Assembly (NCBI RefSeq): GCF_009914755.1
Contig: NC_060928.1
Length of the DNA: 64,000 nt
From: the human T2T-CHM13v2.0 reference genome, Homo sapiens
Direction: 5' to 3' (one strand)
Shown here: positions 15,951-32,383 of the stretch, piece by piece
Numbering within the stretch: the first letter of the stretch is position 1
Layout of the letters: every line of letters starts with the position of its first letter
Made by a program: the position numbers and the translations under genes
Notes under the pieces: model-generated
What the model saw: only the letters and a program-made list of their open reading frames with translations
Told to the model about the DNA's origin: nothing
The model's database searches: none

Positions 15951-16389
15951 AAACAGTTGAATACTATCAAAAGTATATGCCTACAATTTGGACATACGTC
16001 TAGGAAAATCTACTAGAATGGATGTTTGGAAAGAATAAAAAGGATAGAAAATCCTATAACTCTTTAAAAAAAAAAAATGGAAGCAGTGATTAAAAATCTA
16101 TCCACAAAGAAAATATAAGTTCTGGATGCTTTGTACAAATTCTGCCACACTTTCAAAAAAGAAATTACCTCAATTTTATACAAACTCTTCCGGACACTAG
16201 AAAAAGAGAGAACACTTCCACAACTAATTTTATGTTAATGCCAACACTAGATAAAGATACTATCAAAAGGAAAATCGCAGGCCAGGCCAGTTTCATTTAT
16301 GAGTGTAGATGCAAGAATCCTGACTAAAAAATATTGGTAAACAGAATCCAACACTGTATTAAAAAGATTGTACATGTTGACTATGTTGA

Positions 16390-16719
<330 letters not shown>

Positions 16720-17409
16720 TAATATTAGAAAACAGTGAATTAAAAAAATACATGTTGACCATGTCAAAATGTCTAAGAAAATTTTTAATACTAGGAAATA
16801 TATTTATATAATTCATTACTTTAACAGATTAAGGAGAAAAATCATTTGGTCAACTCAATAGATTCAGAAAAGTATTGAGAAAAGTCAGTGCTCCTTCATG
16901 TTTAAAAATCCCAGTAAGTTAGAGACAGGAAGCTCCTCACCTTGATAAAGAATAACTTAAAGTAAATGTGATCATAAATAGGTAAACATTAGAATCACTT
17001 TCTTTAAAATCAAACACAAGACATTCAATATTCTTCCATTCAACATTGTATTAGGAGTTCCTAAACAGTGCCATAAGGCAAGAAAAAAAGTAGCAAAAAG
17101 ACTGGAAAGAAATAAAGCTGCCATTATCTACAGGTGACATTGCATGCATTAAAAAATTTGTAAGTTATTATAAATAGTAAGAGTTTAGCAAGGTGGGTGA
17201 ATAGAATGATATCTAAAAGTCTGTTGCATTTATTTACACCAACCAGAAACACCTAGACGTTTAATTAAGATAATTACAACAGTATCAAAGAATATCAAAT
17301 ATCAAGAAATAAATTTAACAAAAATAAACAGTACAGTATAGAGAAAATTACAAAACTTAGAAGAAATGTAAAAGCAAATTCATGGAGAATTTATTACATC
17401 CATGTAGAG

Positions 17410-17652
17410 CAGGGGTCTGTAAGCTTTTCCTATAAATGACCATATATTAAATATTATATCAAATTATACTATGATATAATGTAATTGTATTATAATTAAA
17501 TATTAATGTTAAATATTCTAGGCTCTGGGCCATATGATCCCTGTTGCCGCTATTCAGCTCTGCCATAGATAAAATGGAAATAAATGATGTATTTGCATTC
17601 CAATAAAACTTTATTTACAAAAACAGGGCAGGCCATAGTTTGCCAACTGCTG
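17410..17652. mobile_element. MER58A-like hAT-Charlie MITE with an internal AT-rich expansion
   Basis: caggggtc...ccaataaaactttatttacaaaaacagg...ggccatagtttgccaactgctg. Confidence 0.7.
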
Positions 17653-20108
17653 ATACAGAGGAAGAATTAATAATGTGGAGATGGCCAATTCTTTCTAAAA
17701 TGTACCATAGAGTCAATGGAATTCCAAGCAGAATACCCACATGGTTCTTCATGGATACTGATGCAGTTAATGAAAAAGTAAAGGTCAAAGAATAGCCAAG
17801 GTACTTTGGAAAAGAATAACAAGGAGAGGGACTTGCCCTACAAATTTATTAAACTGCTAAAATAGTGGGAATTTGTGGAGAAATTAAGAGATTGGTCATG
17901 GCATGAATACAGAGCTCTCTAGAAACAGTGTTGCTGTGTGATGAGGGTGGTATCTGTGTGGAGTATTGATGTGTGATGCGTAAGTAATAGGGGAGCTGTG
18001 AAGTTTCTAAAGTGTTCTCTGGAAAGACAGTGTGGCAGTAGTATAAGTGACCATGGCTAGAGCCAGAGGCTCCTTCCTAGTCCCCAGCGCCAGACATTTT
18101 CTCATGAGATAAAGTGAGAGAGACTTTGGCAGATCCGAACAGTATGTCTAACACTGATTGAAAAAGAAGATGAAGACCTTCTTTGAAAAGTACCATAAAT
18201 ATACTGTTTTCCTGAGTGTTTTTTTTTATTGTCTTTCATTGTAGAATTCTGCTAAGATTTTTACTGTTGTTGATGAATGGTTCAAGGTTTGGGGGCTGAT
18301 AGAGTGACCTTTGTTTTCTCCTACACTAAAGAAATCTTTGGATTTGCTCTAGGTAAAGTAGATGTAAAGTAGGAGTCTAGAACCCAACAACCCAAGGAAA
18401 TCATCAAGGCAGACACATTGCTCAGAGTCTCTGAAAACTGGCAGGCAAGTAAGAGTTGATGTTTGAGGCACACATGTTCATTTTAATGATTTGTCCTTTA
18501 ATGAGCCAGTCAAGAAGTGTGTTTGTTTCCAGCTGAAAAAAAAGATTAAGAAGGAGTTTCTTGGGAAACTTGAGCAGACATATTTTCTGTAAAAACACAC
18601 ACACACCTCCTAATGAAATCCTTCCTCTCGAACTCCTATGCTCCTTCAGCCTGGAGTGTAAACTCCCTAGGGAAGCAGCGAGGCTACTTTTGTTCCTTTG
18701 GTATTCCAGTGCCTTAGAAGATGTTCCATCCAACCTTGGAGAAGTCCCCTTTGCCTCATTCAAGCTGCTCATCTTGTTGACCAGCCATGATTTTAGCCCT
18801 TTTTTGAGTTTTGCTTGTCTCCTGCTCACCACTAGAATAGAGGATTTCACCCTGGGGCTTACTGGTGAATAGATCAATACAGCCTGTAAAACGTGATGAG
18901 AATCTGACTGGTGGGCACTGTCTGTGGCCTTAGCGTAGCTTGGCCATGTGAGGGCCCCTGCCCTGTCCTCAGGGAACCCTTGGTCCAGCTGTGCCTTGGT
19001 GACGCTGGGACCAAGTTTCAGGAATATCAGGGTCTAGGGATATTATCAGATCAAATCAGTATTTCTTAGAGACCTTATGTACAACACAGTTTTGAAATCA
19101 ACCCTCAACTCTTTTGGCAGACTGTTCTGAAACAGTTTTCTGCTGTTTTTGTTCCCAGCATCTCATACGATGTTCACAGGCGTAATCTAGGAAAAGAATG
19201 GCAGCGCGAGAGGAAAGGTGCCCAGTTCATTCTTCCCAGGGTGCCGAGATCCCTGACACCCCTTGTTTGTTTGTTTTCGTCCCTATCTACCGACCTATCA
19301 TTCTGTTCTCAGTGACAGAAATAATGATAGGAATGTGAGGCATGTTTCTCAGACATAGTGTAAGGTTGAACTAAATTGCCTTGTAAGTGACCTCTTTGGG
19401 AGCTGTCATCTCTGTCATTCAGTGCAACCAAGTGTGTGACATGGGTGGTATTTTTCACTTTCATCTCCTAATTGTCAGCATTTAATTATTCCTATTGCAG
19501 GGCACCGCCTAAAAATGATGCTGGCTAACATACCTGACGGGTGCCGTCACTTCCTGTGCCTGCCTCAGAGCCAGTGTCTTCATAAAGGTGCTGCCATAGC
19601 TGGGTGAGGGTTTTGATTCTTTTAAAATGTCACCACAACCCAACATACTTGTGTACAAAACCAAGTGAAGTTGGCCTTGCCAGTAGAGGTAACATTAATG
19701 CCACATTGGTTGTATTTTGCTCACAAAACAGGCCTTCTGGCACCCACATGGCAGTACTCTCTTAGATGGTGTAAAAACTGGTCGCTTGGGCTCAGAACTG
19801 CCCAGGAATAATTCGAAGATCATGGGACTGTTCAATTTGGATCAAGAGTGCAAAGATTTGAGAGAGCCAAGATCTCCTTTGTTTTGCCCAGTGAAGGATA
19901 CAAGCAGGCCTTGTTCCAGTTAGAAACTGTCTGAAAAAGAGTGACACTTTAGAACTCTCCTTTGTAAAATAGTGCTTTATTTTATATTAATTTGTAGTTG
20001 TTCAGTCACTAAATGATACCTGTGCATAATTCTGGCCTTGTAGTAAGTTTCTGACGATGATTAGAATCATCCTTACATAGATGATCTTGCTTAGAAATTA
20101 TTTCTTAA

Positions 20109-20426
<318 letters not shown>

Positions 20427-20440
20427 TTAATAGAGGATTT

Positions 20441-20722
<282 letters not shown>

Positions 20723-20856
20723 TAGAGGATTTGTGATCTTTATTATCTGATGAACCAGCACTTAGTTGGTTTTAAAATTAGTTTGCATACCAAGATAATG
20801 AGGGAAAGAAGATCCTAAGGATCTTTCTGTTATGATTGTGGTAGAGCCTGAGATAA

Positions 20857-21190
<334 letters not shown>

Positions 21191-22447
21191 TAAGAGGGTG
21201 CAGCCCAGGGGAGCTGAAGAGAGACAAGGGAGGAGATGGCCGCTAGTGTGCTGCCTGCTTGCTCCCTTGGGACCAGCACCCAAAGGCCATGCTAACCACA
21301 TCTCACAGTCATAACTCAGAGGAGAAATGAGGAAGAATTGTTCTACCCATGTGCACATATGGCTGCCAGACAATCTCATGGCACATGTTGGCTTCAACAG
21401 AAAGGCCATGGCAGGGGCCAGAGAAGGGACATAAGGGGAGACACTAGTTATACCTTCATGAAGTCCACCAGACCCTGCAGAGTTGATGACTGCAAGGGCA
21501 TTTGGGAAAGGTCAAGAGGATTTGAGCTGATATGTTAGAGGTCTCTTATTCAGAATGAGAATGTGTGTTTTCTAGTTCTTGCCAAGAAAATTTCAGCTTA
21601 ACAAAACATGAAGATACATCTAAATAAAATTAAGGGCTGGTAAACCTGACAGTCTTAATAATTTGTATTCAGCTTTCTCCATGCCATAGCTATTGTTTTT
21701 CTAGATCACTACTGTGAACATCTTGGGGATGCCGGTAACAGTTCAGTATAAAACTCCTTTGTCAGAGGAGTTGAACCTCATATACAAAATGCTGTCTTTT
21801 TATACCCAAGATAGGGCCAAAACTCTTTAGCTAGCCTGATGATACCCAGGGAAAGAGCCATTGGTATACACCTGAGGTCCCTGTTTAGGGTCCAAGTGAA
21901 AAGAGACTATAACAGCAAGGCCAGGAGACCCATGAGTGCTTGTGGTGTCAGAGTCAGATCTTAGATGCTGTTGTGGCTTCACTTTCTCATTACCCTTCCC
22001 CATTCCTTTCCCTCACAACTTCTTTCTTCTTCCCATCAGAAAATAGGTAAATGAAAACAAACCAGCCTTATAAAATACCATAAAAGTATCCATACCTGTG
22101 GCTTATGTTTTTCCCATGCACTAATAGGATTTTATATACTCACCTATGAATTAAGAGGATTGAAGTAGATAGCCACCAAAATCCCTTCTAGTTACAGAAT
22201 TTTGTGATCTATTTGAGATCAAGTCTAATGTGCTTTCAGTATAAATAAGGATTCAGAGAGATTTGTGGAAATTGAAGTCTGCATGGCCTAAAGGAACTGA
22301 ACCTTTAGGGTACATGCAGTACTTTGATAATTCTGAAGTCCCAGGTGAAATGTGATTCCTGGAAGTTTTTCATATCAGGATACTCAGAGTGCAGTCTTAC
22401 ACAGGTTATGCAGAGCAGATTTTTTATCACACTGTAGGAAACTATGC

Positions 22448-22784
22448 TGTCTTAGTCCATTTTGTGCTGCTATAACAAAATGCCACAGACTGGGTAATTT
22501 ATAAAGAAAAATTTATTTCTCACAGTTCGGGAGGCTGGAAAGTCCAAGATCCAGAGGCTGCAGCTGGCAAGGCCCTTCTTGCTGTGTCATCCCATGGTGG
22601 AGGGTAGGAGGCAGGAGAGAGATCCCACTCCCAAAAAAGCTATTTGATTAGGGTATTACACCCACACATGAGAGTGGAGCCCTCATGCCTACTCACCTCT
22701 CAAAGGTCCCACCTCTCAATACCGTTACAATGGCAATTGAATTTCAGCTTGAGTTTTGGGGGGAAAAACATTCAACCCGTAGCA
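22448..22784. mobile_element. MaLR solo LTR (MST/MLT1A-like)
   Basis: tgtcttagtccattttgtgctgctataacaaaatgccacagactggg...cattcaacccgtagca. Confidence 0.8.
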
Positions 22785-25700
22785 GATGCCAAGCCCGCTG
22801 CCCCTCCGTCTTTGCTTCCTTCTGCTACTGGCAGTTTCACATCAAGCAATAGTGAAAAAAGCTCACAAAACAAGGTGCATTTATCCTGCTTTCAAAATGA
22901 TTTGATTCTCCCTAGTGCAGAGGGTTTTTATCGTTATTTTTAACAACTCTGTGGATATATAAACTGTTTGAGTTGTGTACTTTTCTCACCAGTGAAATTT
23001 GCAAAAACCAGTTTTTTGAAAAAACAAACTTTCCATTGTGTGCCTTTCATTATAGCGACAGAAACTCATGATCACCACTGACTTCCCTCACCTGCTTCCT
23101 CCTCACTTCCACAGTCATTTGTTAACATACACATGGGTACACCAGCACCTGCACACATGGCACACACACACTAACTCTGCCACACTCACACATTGCCCTT
23201 TCATCTCCATCATTTCCCTGTGGTATTGGGGATTTGTGAGGTTTTCAGCAAGATGACCATAAAGTGCCTAAGGATGAGCAAAGAGCCTGCCAATTGCCAT
23301 AAAAAATATGGCTCCCAGAAAAGCAATGAATCGAAGCCAGCAGCAGATCCTGGATCTGCCTCCCTTGTCAAGGAAAACTGTCAGGTCTCAGGGTCACACT
23401 CCTTAACCTTCCTCCTTTGTGGCCCAAAGTCTGTTTTGTAGCTCAGAATAAAAAAGAGAATCTTATTTGGTGTCCTCGTGTATTGTAAAACCCCCTCAGG
23501 AAGCAGAGCAAGAAGCTGAGGACTGTAAATTAAGACTGGATTGTGCTTTTTATTCCATTAGGCTTCTTAACACAACTATGAATAAATCACTGGGCCTCTC
23601 TGCAGGTTGGGCTCCCATCATGTAAACTGGAGGTGAATCACACCCTTCTGGAGTCCTCAGCATTCCAAGTGGCTCCCAGGCCTCGTAAGCCCGGCATCTT
23701 ATCGTGATTCGTTGGGTGAGGGAAAAGCATGCCGAGAGAGGACTGGGGTTCTTCCAGAGGAGCCTCGTGGTCCTTACAAAGCAGGAATTTCTTTTTTTTT
23801 TTTTTTCCATAGAGTGTTTCCCTGTCAAAATGCCAAAATTTTATGGTGCTAGACTGCAGAACTGCTAGATTTTTTGTAAAGCTTAAAATAATGCAAATGT
23901 TAACACTCTTAAAAGTTAGATCTATTTTTAAAATTATGCCAAAGATATTAATACACTGCATTCAAAAAATCTTAATGATTACAGAAAAGTATTCAGCATT
24001 GAGGTCTACCTACAAAATTGTTTGGTATTGATTATTAGCAGCTGATAATAATTCTATATGTTTTGCCACCTAATTTGTGGAGAAAGATATAGGTATAGAT
24101 ACAGATATAAATATAAAAACATAGAGACAAATACAGTCTTCAGTAAAGTATATTCTTACTCAGCAGGGAAGGAAATATCTTCCGGTGTTCCCTGGTCAGC
24201 TTTTTTTTTTTTATAAAACAAAGCCAAGTTTCAAAGTAATTTTGTAGTCACCATAGAAATGCTAGAAGTTGAAAACATCAGCAGCCATTACACTACTTAG
24301 AGGGACTGCCAAAAGACTTCTCTGCAAGGGATAGGATCCTCTGCGTTCTATTCCTGTGGAAGGTGGCAAAGACGGAACAGGATCCTGCGAGCCTGTCTTA
24401 TTTCCTATCTGATAAAATCACTTCTAGGTAAGAAAAGTGGGTTAGATTTTCTTACCTATGCATGATTCATTTCCTTCCCTGACTTTTCGTGATATATCCC
24501 TTGTTAAATCAGTCAACAGATGTCTGTTTTAAGAGTGATTTTTTTTCTTATGGTATTTCATGAAGAATTTGAATAGCAGCAAAATTTTTAGTATATTTAC
24601 TAATTTAGTAATTTGACATACCATAGCAAGATAGAAGTCATTTCTCAGTGTGTACTAAGTCAACAGTTCCTTATCTGGGACCTAATGAAAAATTATCCAT
24701 TTACTAAAGATAGGACTTCACAAAGTAACTAAAATATCACATTTGTCACCCTTGTATTTGAATCACATAAATTCACAAGCTCCAGCTGGCAATTAAATTA
24801 TCTCATCAATTACAAAGTAATCAAGAGAGAACTGTTACTTAACAAATATAGGCTGCTTTTATAGACAAACCCTTTCAAACCAGGGAGAGGAAATAGGGGG
24901 CAGTAAAAAAAAATACCTGGAAAAAGACACTGTGTGATGAAAAAAAATCAAAACTTATTGCAGTAGATGATGATTAGCAAAGTACTAGGGATGCCCCATT
25001 GTGGGTTATTTAGCTTTCCATAAAGTAGTGTGAGTATAATTGTTTCTTTATAAGTATTTGCTGAATAAAGAGTTTTCATAAAAGCTCATCTTTCCTAAAA
25101 GTGCCACAGTATTTTTATTTGCAGATTTAAAGTGAGTTTAGGATATTTTTGCTTTGAGAATATTTTAATTTTTTTTAAATGCTTAAGTAACACATGGTTA
25201 TTATAACAAATTCAGGTGATGCAGAACTATATAAAGCAAAAACTAGAAGTCCTTCTTGGAGTTGTACTTCCCAGAGGTTACCACTGTTGACAAATTGGTG
25301 TATGTCCTTCCAGCTATTTTTTTATGCAACATGTGTGTTAGTGTTATTTGAAAGAGTTATACAAAAATGGGGTCATAAAGATAGATTGTTCTGAAATTTG
25401 CTTCTTTCCCTCACTTAATTCTAATAGTATGTGATGAACAGCTTTCCATATTAGTAAATGTTACTGTAACTCATTATTTTAATGCATTCATTTGTATAGC
25501 TCTATCACAGTTATTTAATTATTCTAATAACAATTTCCCAAATTTTCTATTATAAACAATGTGGAAACACACACTTTTATGCATATTTTTGTACCTTTCT
25601 GGTCACACTAGTATTCCTAAAGCATAAATTCTTAGTAAGAGAATTGCTGATAGTATCAGTTTGGCCGTGAACCATAGTCAAAGATCTTGTCTTTGTCGAG

Positions 25701-26233
25701 CCTTTTAAGCCTGAAGACCTTGTTTGATTTCCTGGCCTTAAAGGTGTCTGAAGCAGTGGATGCACGTGGGATGACAAGGTCCTTAATTGCCCTTTTTGCC
25801 AGCACCAGTCTTATTTCCTTCTAATGTTTCTAACTGCTTAAGTCATAACAGAAGCAGTTGGCTTTTCAAGTCTAGAAGCATCGCAATTGTGGGACTATCC
25901 ATCAGCTTAGATTGCAGGCACAGGCTACCCACCACCTTTAGACCTTTGCCTGAGTCAATGTCGACGTCGATCTCTCTCTCTCTCTGTCAGGTACAGTAAG
26001 AGGCAGCTTCTCAAAGCACTGCTGGTTAGCTTAGTTTCCCCAACATCCCCAGTGAGAATTGGGAGGGAAAGTGAACAGGAAAGTTACCCTGTATTCGCAG
26101 CAGAGATTTTGCTTAGAATGCCTTCTCTTAAAGTAGCCTTCCAAAAAATTGACAGAAGCCAACTCACATATTTGTAAGACCCCACTGTCCCTCAAGACAC
26201 AAATAAATTAGATTTGTATGTCTGTCAGATAGA

Positions 26234-26531
26234 GGCTGGGTGCATTGGCTTATGCCTGTAATTCCAGCATTGTGTGAGGCCGAGACGGGTAGATCACTTG
26301 AGGTCAGGAGTTCAAGACCAGCCTGGACAACATGGTGAAACCCCGTTTCTACTAAAGATGTAAAAATTAGCTGGGCATGATGGCAAGCGCCTGTAATCCT
26401 AGCTATTCTGGAGGCAGAGGCAGGAGAATTGCTTGAGCCCAGGAGGTGGGGAGGTTGAGCTGAGATCGTGCCACTGCACTCCAGCCTGGGTGACAGAGCG
26501 AGACTCCATCTCAAAAAAAAAAAAAAAAAAA
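26234..26531 (+). mobile_element. AluS
   Basis: Full Alu; imperfect flanking repeat gatttgt..tctgtcagat. Confidence 0.93.
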
Positions 26532-29500
26532 GGATTTGTGTATCTGTCAGATGGAGATAACAACTGTTTTTGAGTATGTATTGGCAAGATTGATTTAAGA
26601 CGAAACCACTCCCCCTCATTAAATGGATATGTATTATATAATGAAGTCTCCAACCATTTGATTTAATTAATTCCTTTTGTAAGACAGCGTTGCAAGTAAC
26701 TTCTGCAAATATAGACAGTTGTCAGAAATAAACTGCTGGTTCAAAAATTGTATTGAGCACTTGAGCCTTTATGAATTATGTTAAACAGACTCATCCTTTG
26801 CCCTCCTGAAGCTTTTGGGCCCAGTGTAAACATCTCAGCCACCAAGGCAAACCTTGACCCATATCCTAAGTTAATAACTAGGCAGCCTCTTAGCATACCT
26901 ACAAGAGGGAGTCAGTGCCTTGGGTGGAGGACAGCAAATGGGGAACAGAGTCATCGTGGCCCTTTTACCCCATGACGACAGTCCTCACCGTGAATTACAT
27001 AACTTTCTAATATGAGTGTAGGAGGAGTAACAAGTAGCACATTCACAATTTAAGCCTTATTTTCTATTTCACCGTTTGTTTACATAGCTAAAGAATTGTC
27101 TTTCTATTTAATACTTAATGATAAATAAACATAAATTTGGATTTTATATCAGGGAAGCTTTATTCAGTATTTTACAATATTAGGTGTTTTTAAAACTCAA
27201 AGTACAGATTAACATTAGTTTTTCCCTGATAATGGAGTAATATAAACAGTTATATGAATACACTGATGTAGGCTTATTGTGGAGAGTTTTTTTAAACTAT
27301 ATAGTACATGCCTGCATTTATTTATCTCGAAATCTAGTATAGCCACATGTTCATTTACCAAGATTTTTAAATGTTAAATCCCACTTGAGTGAACATCGCA
27401 GCCTAGAAATAATTTAAATAGGTGATTGTAGAGGGTTTGTTAGATAATTAAGCTGTAGCTACTAAGTAGAATGTTATGAAATCATTAAAAGCTACAGGCT
27501 TCTGGTTTCTGGTCCAACATATAAGGAGTTTGAAGTCTTCAATCTAACAGCAAGTAAAAAAATTGAACAAAATGAAAAATCAATTCTTCTTAGATCAGTT
27601 AGAGAGGTGAGGTCATAGGGCAAACTACTGCCCCCAGAATTGGAGAGACAGGCAAGCAGAACAAAGAATCACAACTTACTGGAGTAAGAACCTATGAGCA
27701 GTGACCTCTGCAGGAACCGATACTGGGGTAAGAAAACCTAAACTGTAATTAACATACTGCTGGAGGCTCACTACAGAGAAGTCTGAGAGTTAAAAACTGC
27801 AGGAGTACCCAGTCATGAGAAGTCGGGGGCTCTCCACACTTTTGTTAGTTTTACTTCCAGGAGCTTGACTGGGTCCTCACGATGGATGTCGAAGAAAAAT
27901 CTTGCCCTGATTCTGACAGAGGGAGGAAAAAAGTAGCCATTTGAAACACACAAAAGCATTCTGTTCTTTTCAGCAAGGCCTGCCCTCAGGAGAAACTATA
28001 TTGTCAGAACTTAACTGACTTTGGTAAGGGAAATACTCAACTCTAGCCCCCTCTAGTCTTCCATGTGGAAGAAGGGGAGTACCCAACTCCAGCCCATCCT
28101 AGATATTCTGTTCCACCTAAGGAGGGGGAAAGACTGAGAAGCACTTGTGAAACTCGTAGCCCAGGAGCACAGGCCTACTAAAAGACTGAAACCTGTTCAT
28201 AGAGCTATAGAACACTTGCCTTCTTTACCCCCATCTTACCACAAAACTAAAGGCTGTTTGCCAGAATATCTTTCACCTAGTATATTACGTCTGGGTTTGA
28301 ACTAAAAATTATAAGGCCTACTAACAGGCAAAAAACAGAGTTTAAAGAGGCAAAACAAGCATCAGAACCAGACTCACACATGGCAGGGATGCTGGACTTA
28401 TCAGACCAGGAATTTAAACTAACTGTGGTTAGTATGCCAAGGGCTATAAGGGAAGAAGGAGGCAATATGCCAGAACAGATGGACATCATAAGGAGAGAGG
28501 TGGAAATTCTAAGCAAGAATCAAAAAGAAGTCCTAGAGATCAAAAACACTGTAACAGACATGAAAAATAACTTTGATGGACTCACGGGTACACTGGACAT
28601 GACTAAAGAAAGAATATCTGAACTCTTGAGGATATGTCAATAGAAACTTTCAAAACTGCATAGCAAAGAGAAAAGAGACTGGAGAAAAAAAAAGGAACAG
28701 AACATCCAAGAACTGTGGGACAACTACAGAAGATGTACAATGTGTTTAATAGGAATACCAGAAGAAAGACAAGGGAACAGAAGAAATATTTGAAGGAATA
28801 ATGACTGAGACTTTCTCCAAATTAATGTCAAACATTAAACCACAGAGCCAGAAAACTCATAAAACACCAAGCAAAATAAATACACACACACACACAGAAC
28901 ATTACACCTAAGCATATCCAAACTGCAGAAAATTAAAAATTAAAAAATTTTGAAAGAAGCCAGAGGGGGAAAAAAGCTTCCTTATAGGAGAACAAAGACA
29001 AGTATTATATGTGACTCTTCCTGAGAAATCATACAAGCAAGAAGAGAGTGAGATGCAATAATTTAAATTGTTAAGAGGAAAAAGAAACCAACCTAGAATT
29101 CTGTACCCAAACACAAAATTATTCTTCAAAAGTGAAGGAGAATAAATATTTTTTCAGACAAACAAAAATTAAGGACATTTGTGCTCAGTGGACCTGCCTA
29201 GCAAGAAATGTTAAAAGTTCTTCAGAGAAAAGGAAAATGATATGTTAGCAACATGGATCTATGTAAACAAAGGAAGAGCATTGAAAAAGGAATAAACCAA
29301 GGTAAAATAAGAATTTTTCTTATTCTTAATCACATAAATAATTCTAAGTAATGATAGCAACAGCGTATTCAGTTACATACACGTGTGTGTATGCTTACGT
29401 ATAAGTGAAATGAGTGGCAGCAATGATGCAAGGGACAAGAGGGAAGAATGAGGGATATTTTGTTATTATAAGGTACTTGTACTACTCATGATGTGGTATA

Positions 29501-30024
29501 ATGTTATTTGGAAGTGGATTTGGATAGTATAATACAAACTCCAGAGCAACCACTAGAAAAAATAAGAGAGAAATATAAATGACATGCTAAGAAAGGAGAG
29601 AAAATTGACATTATATAAAGTCCTCAATTAAAGCCACAAAAGGCAGTGAAAGAGTAGAAGACAAACATAGGAACAAACAACAAGGGCAGCAAATAGAAAA
29701 CAGTAACAAATTGGTAGATATTATTCCAGCTGTTTCATTAATCACTGTAAACATCAGTGGTCTGAATATACCAATTAAAAAACAGTTTGTCAGAGTTGAT
29801 CAAAAAAGAACCAGCTGTATTTTGTATGTAGGAAGCCCACTTTAAACATAAAACACATATGGACTAAAAGTAGACAATGCTAATACTAATCAAACGAAAG
29901 TGGGAGTAGCTATATTAATTTCAGATGGAGCAGACTTCAGAGCAAGAAAAGTTATCCGGGATTTAAAAAAAAAGTATGACATAATGAATAATAAAGAGAT
30001 TAATTATCCAAGAAGGGGTAACAA

Positions 30025-30277
30025 TTTTTTTTTTTTGGAGATGGAGTCTCGCTCTGTCACCCAGGCTCCCAGGTTCAAGTGATTCTCTTACCTCAACCTC
30101 CTGAGTAGCTGGGATTATAGGCGCACGCCACCACACCCAGTTAATTTTTGTATTTTTAGTAGAGACGGGGTTTTGCCATGTTGGCCAGGATGGTCTCGAT
30201 CTCCTGACCTCTGGTGATCCGCCTGCCTTGGCCTCCCAAAGTGCTGGGATTACAGGCATGAGCCACTGTGCCCGACC
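30025..30277 (-). mobile_element. AluS with an internal deletion in the right arm, nested in the L1
   Basis: cccaggct|cccaggttcaag junction skips about 45 nt of consensus; flanking repeat TAACAATT. Confidence 0.88.
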
Positions 30278-32016
30278 AGGATAACAATTCTTAGACATCT
30301 ATGTGACTAACAGCACCAACTATATATGAGGCAAAAAAAAAAAAAAAACTACAAGGAGAAGTGGATGAATTCATTATTATCCTCTGACAGAAATAAACAG
30401 ACCCAGCAGGCAGAAAATCAGCAGACATAGTTGAACTCAACGGCACTATTACTTAACTGGATATAATTGACATCTATAGAGTACTTCATTTAATGACAAC
30501 AGATGGCACACTCTGCTTAAGCTCAATTGGAACATTCACCAAGATATAGACCACAGTCCAGGCCATAAGATACATATTTACACTGTCTGTTTTTACCACA
30601 GTGGAATTAAACTAGAAATCAGTAACAAACGTAGCTGGAAAATTCCAAAATACTTGGAGATTAAACTGCACACTTCTAAATAACAGATGGGTCAAAGGAG
30701 AAATCTTAAGAAAAATTAAAAGATATTTTGAACTAAATGAAAAACAACTTAATCAAAATTTGTAGGATTTTGGAGGACAGCCACTGAGTCTGTCACAGTG
30801 CCTGGCCTCTACCAAACAATTAAGGAAAAAAACTTTATCAACTCTCTGCAATCTCTTTTGGAGAACAGAAGCAAAGAGAATTCTTCCCAACTTATTCTGT
30901 GAGGCCAGCATTATCCTAATAGCAAAACCAGGCAAAGACAAGGAAACTACAGCCCTATATCTCTTGTGAACATAGATGCAGAAATCTTTAACAAAATATT
31001 AGCAGATCATATCCAACTATATAGAAAAAGAATTATATACCATGACCAAGGGAGATTTATCCCAGGTGTGCAAGGCTGATTTAACATTCAAAATCAATTA
31101 TTGTAGTGAATCACATCAACACCTGCTCATGCTAAAAATAACTCCCAGCAAACTAGGAATAAAAGGGACCTTAAAGAACATGTAGAAAACTCTACAACTA
31201 ACATCATACTTAATGCTGAAAAACTAGAAGCTTTCCTGCTAAGACTAGGAATGGAGTAAAACTGTCCCTCTCACATCTTCTTTTCTGTATCACACTGTAA
31301 ATCTTAGCTAATGCAATAAGAAAAGAAAAAAAGGTATCCCGCTTGGGAAGGACGTCAGCATTGTCTTTGTTTGTCTTTGTTTGCACATAAGATGGTTGTC
31401 CATGTAGGCAACCTGAAAGATTTGACCACAAACCTAACAAACAGAAACAACTCTGGGAACTAATAAGTGATTATAACAAGGTTGTAGGATATAAGGTTAA
31501 TATACAAAAGTTAATCACTTTTCTATATACCAGCAATGCACTAGTGGAATTTGAAATTAAAAACAATGCCGTTTCCATTAGTATCCAAAAAGTGAAATAC
31601 TTGTAAATCTTAACAAAATATGTATAAGGTCTATAGAGGAAAACTGCATAACTCTGATGAAAGAAAATGTAAAAGGAACTAAATAAATGGAAAAATATTC
31701 TATGTTTATGTATAGGAAGACTCAGTATTGTCAAGATGTTGGTACTTCTCAAATCAATCTATAGATTTAATGCAGTTCCACTCAAAATCCCATCAAGTTA
31801 TTATGTAATAGTCAAACTGATTCTAAAGTTTATATGGAGAGGCATAAGACCCAGAATAGCCAACACAGTATTGAAGAAGAATAAAGTTGGAGGACTGATG
31901 CTACCTGACTTCAAGACTTACTGTAAAGCTATGGTAATCAAGGCAGTGTGGTATTGGTGAAAAAATAGACAAATCAGAACAGAGAGCCTAGAAATAGATT
32001 GACCCACTTAAATATA

Positions 32017-32383
32017 CAGTCATCCTTCAACATCCTTGGTGGGGATTGGTTCCAGGACTCCCCATGGACACAGATGCTCAAGTCCTTTATATAATATGGT
32101 ATAGTATTTGCATATAACCCACATCCTCCCATACACTTTAAATCATTTCCAGATAACTTATAACACCTGTTATAATTTAAATACTATGTAAATAATTGTT
32201 ATGCTGTATTTAATGACAGTAGTAATACAGTATAATGTAGTAATAATAATGTCATTAATGGAATAATGACAAGGAAAAACAATGTCAGTACAGTTGCAAC
32301 CATCCATTTTTTTCCCAAATATTTTCTATTCATGGTTGGTTGAATCCATGGATGTGGATCCCACAGATACAGAGGGCTGACTA
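32017..32383. mobile_element. MER2-like Tigger MITE nested in the L1
   Basis: ta|cagtcatcctt...ggggattggttccagga...agagggctgacta|ta: terminal inverted repeats and TA flanks. Confidence 0.8.
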
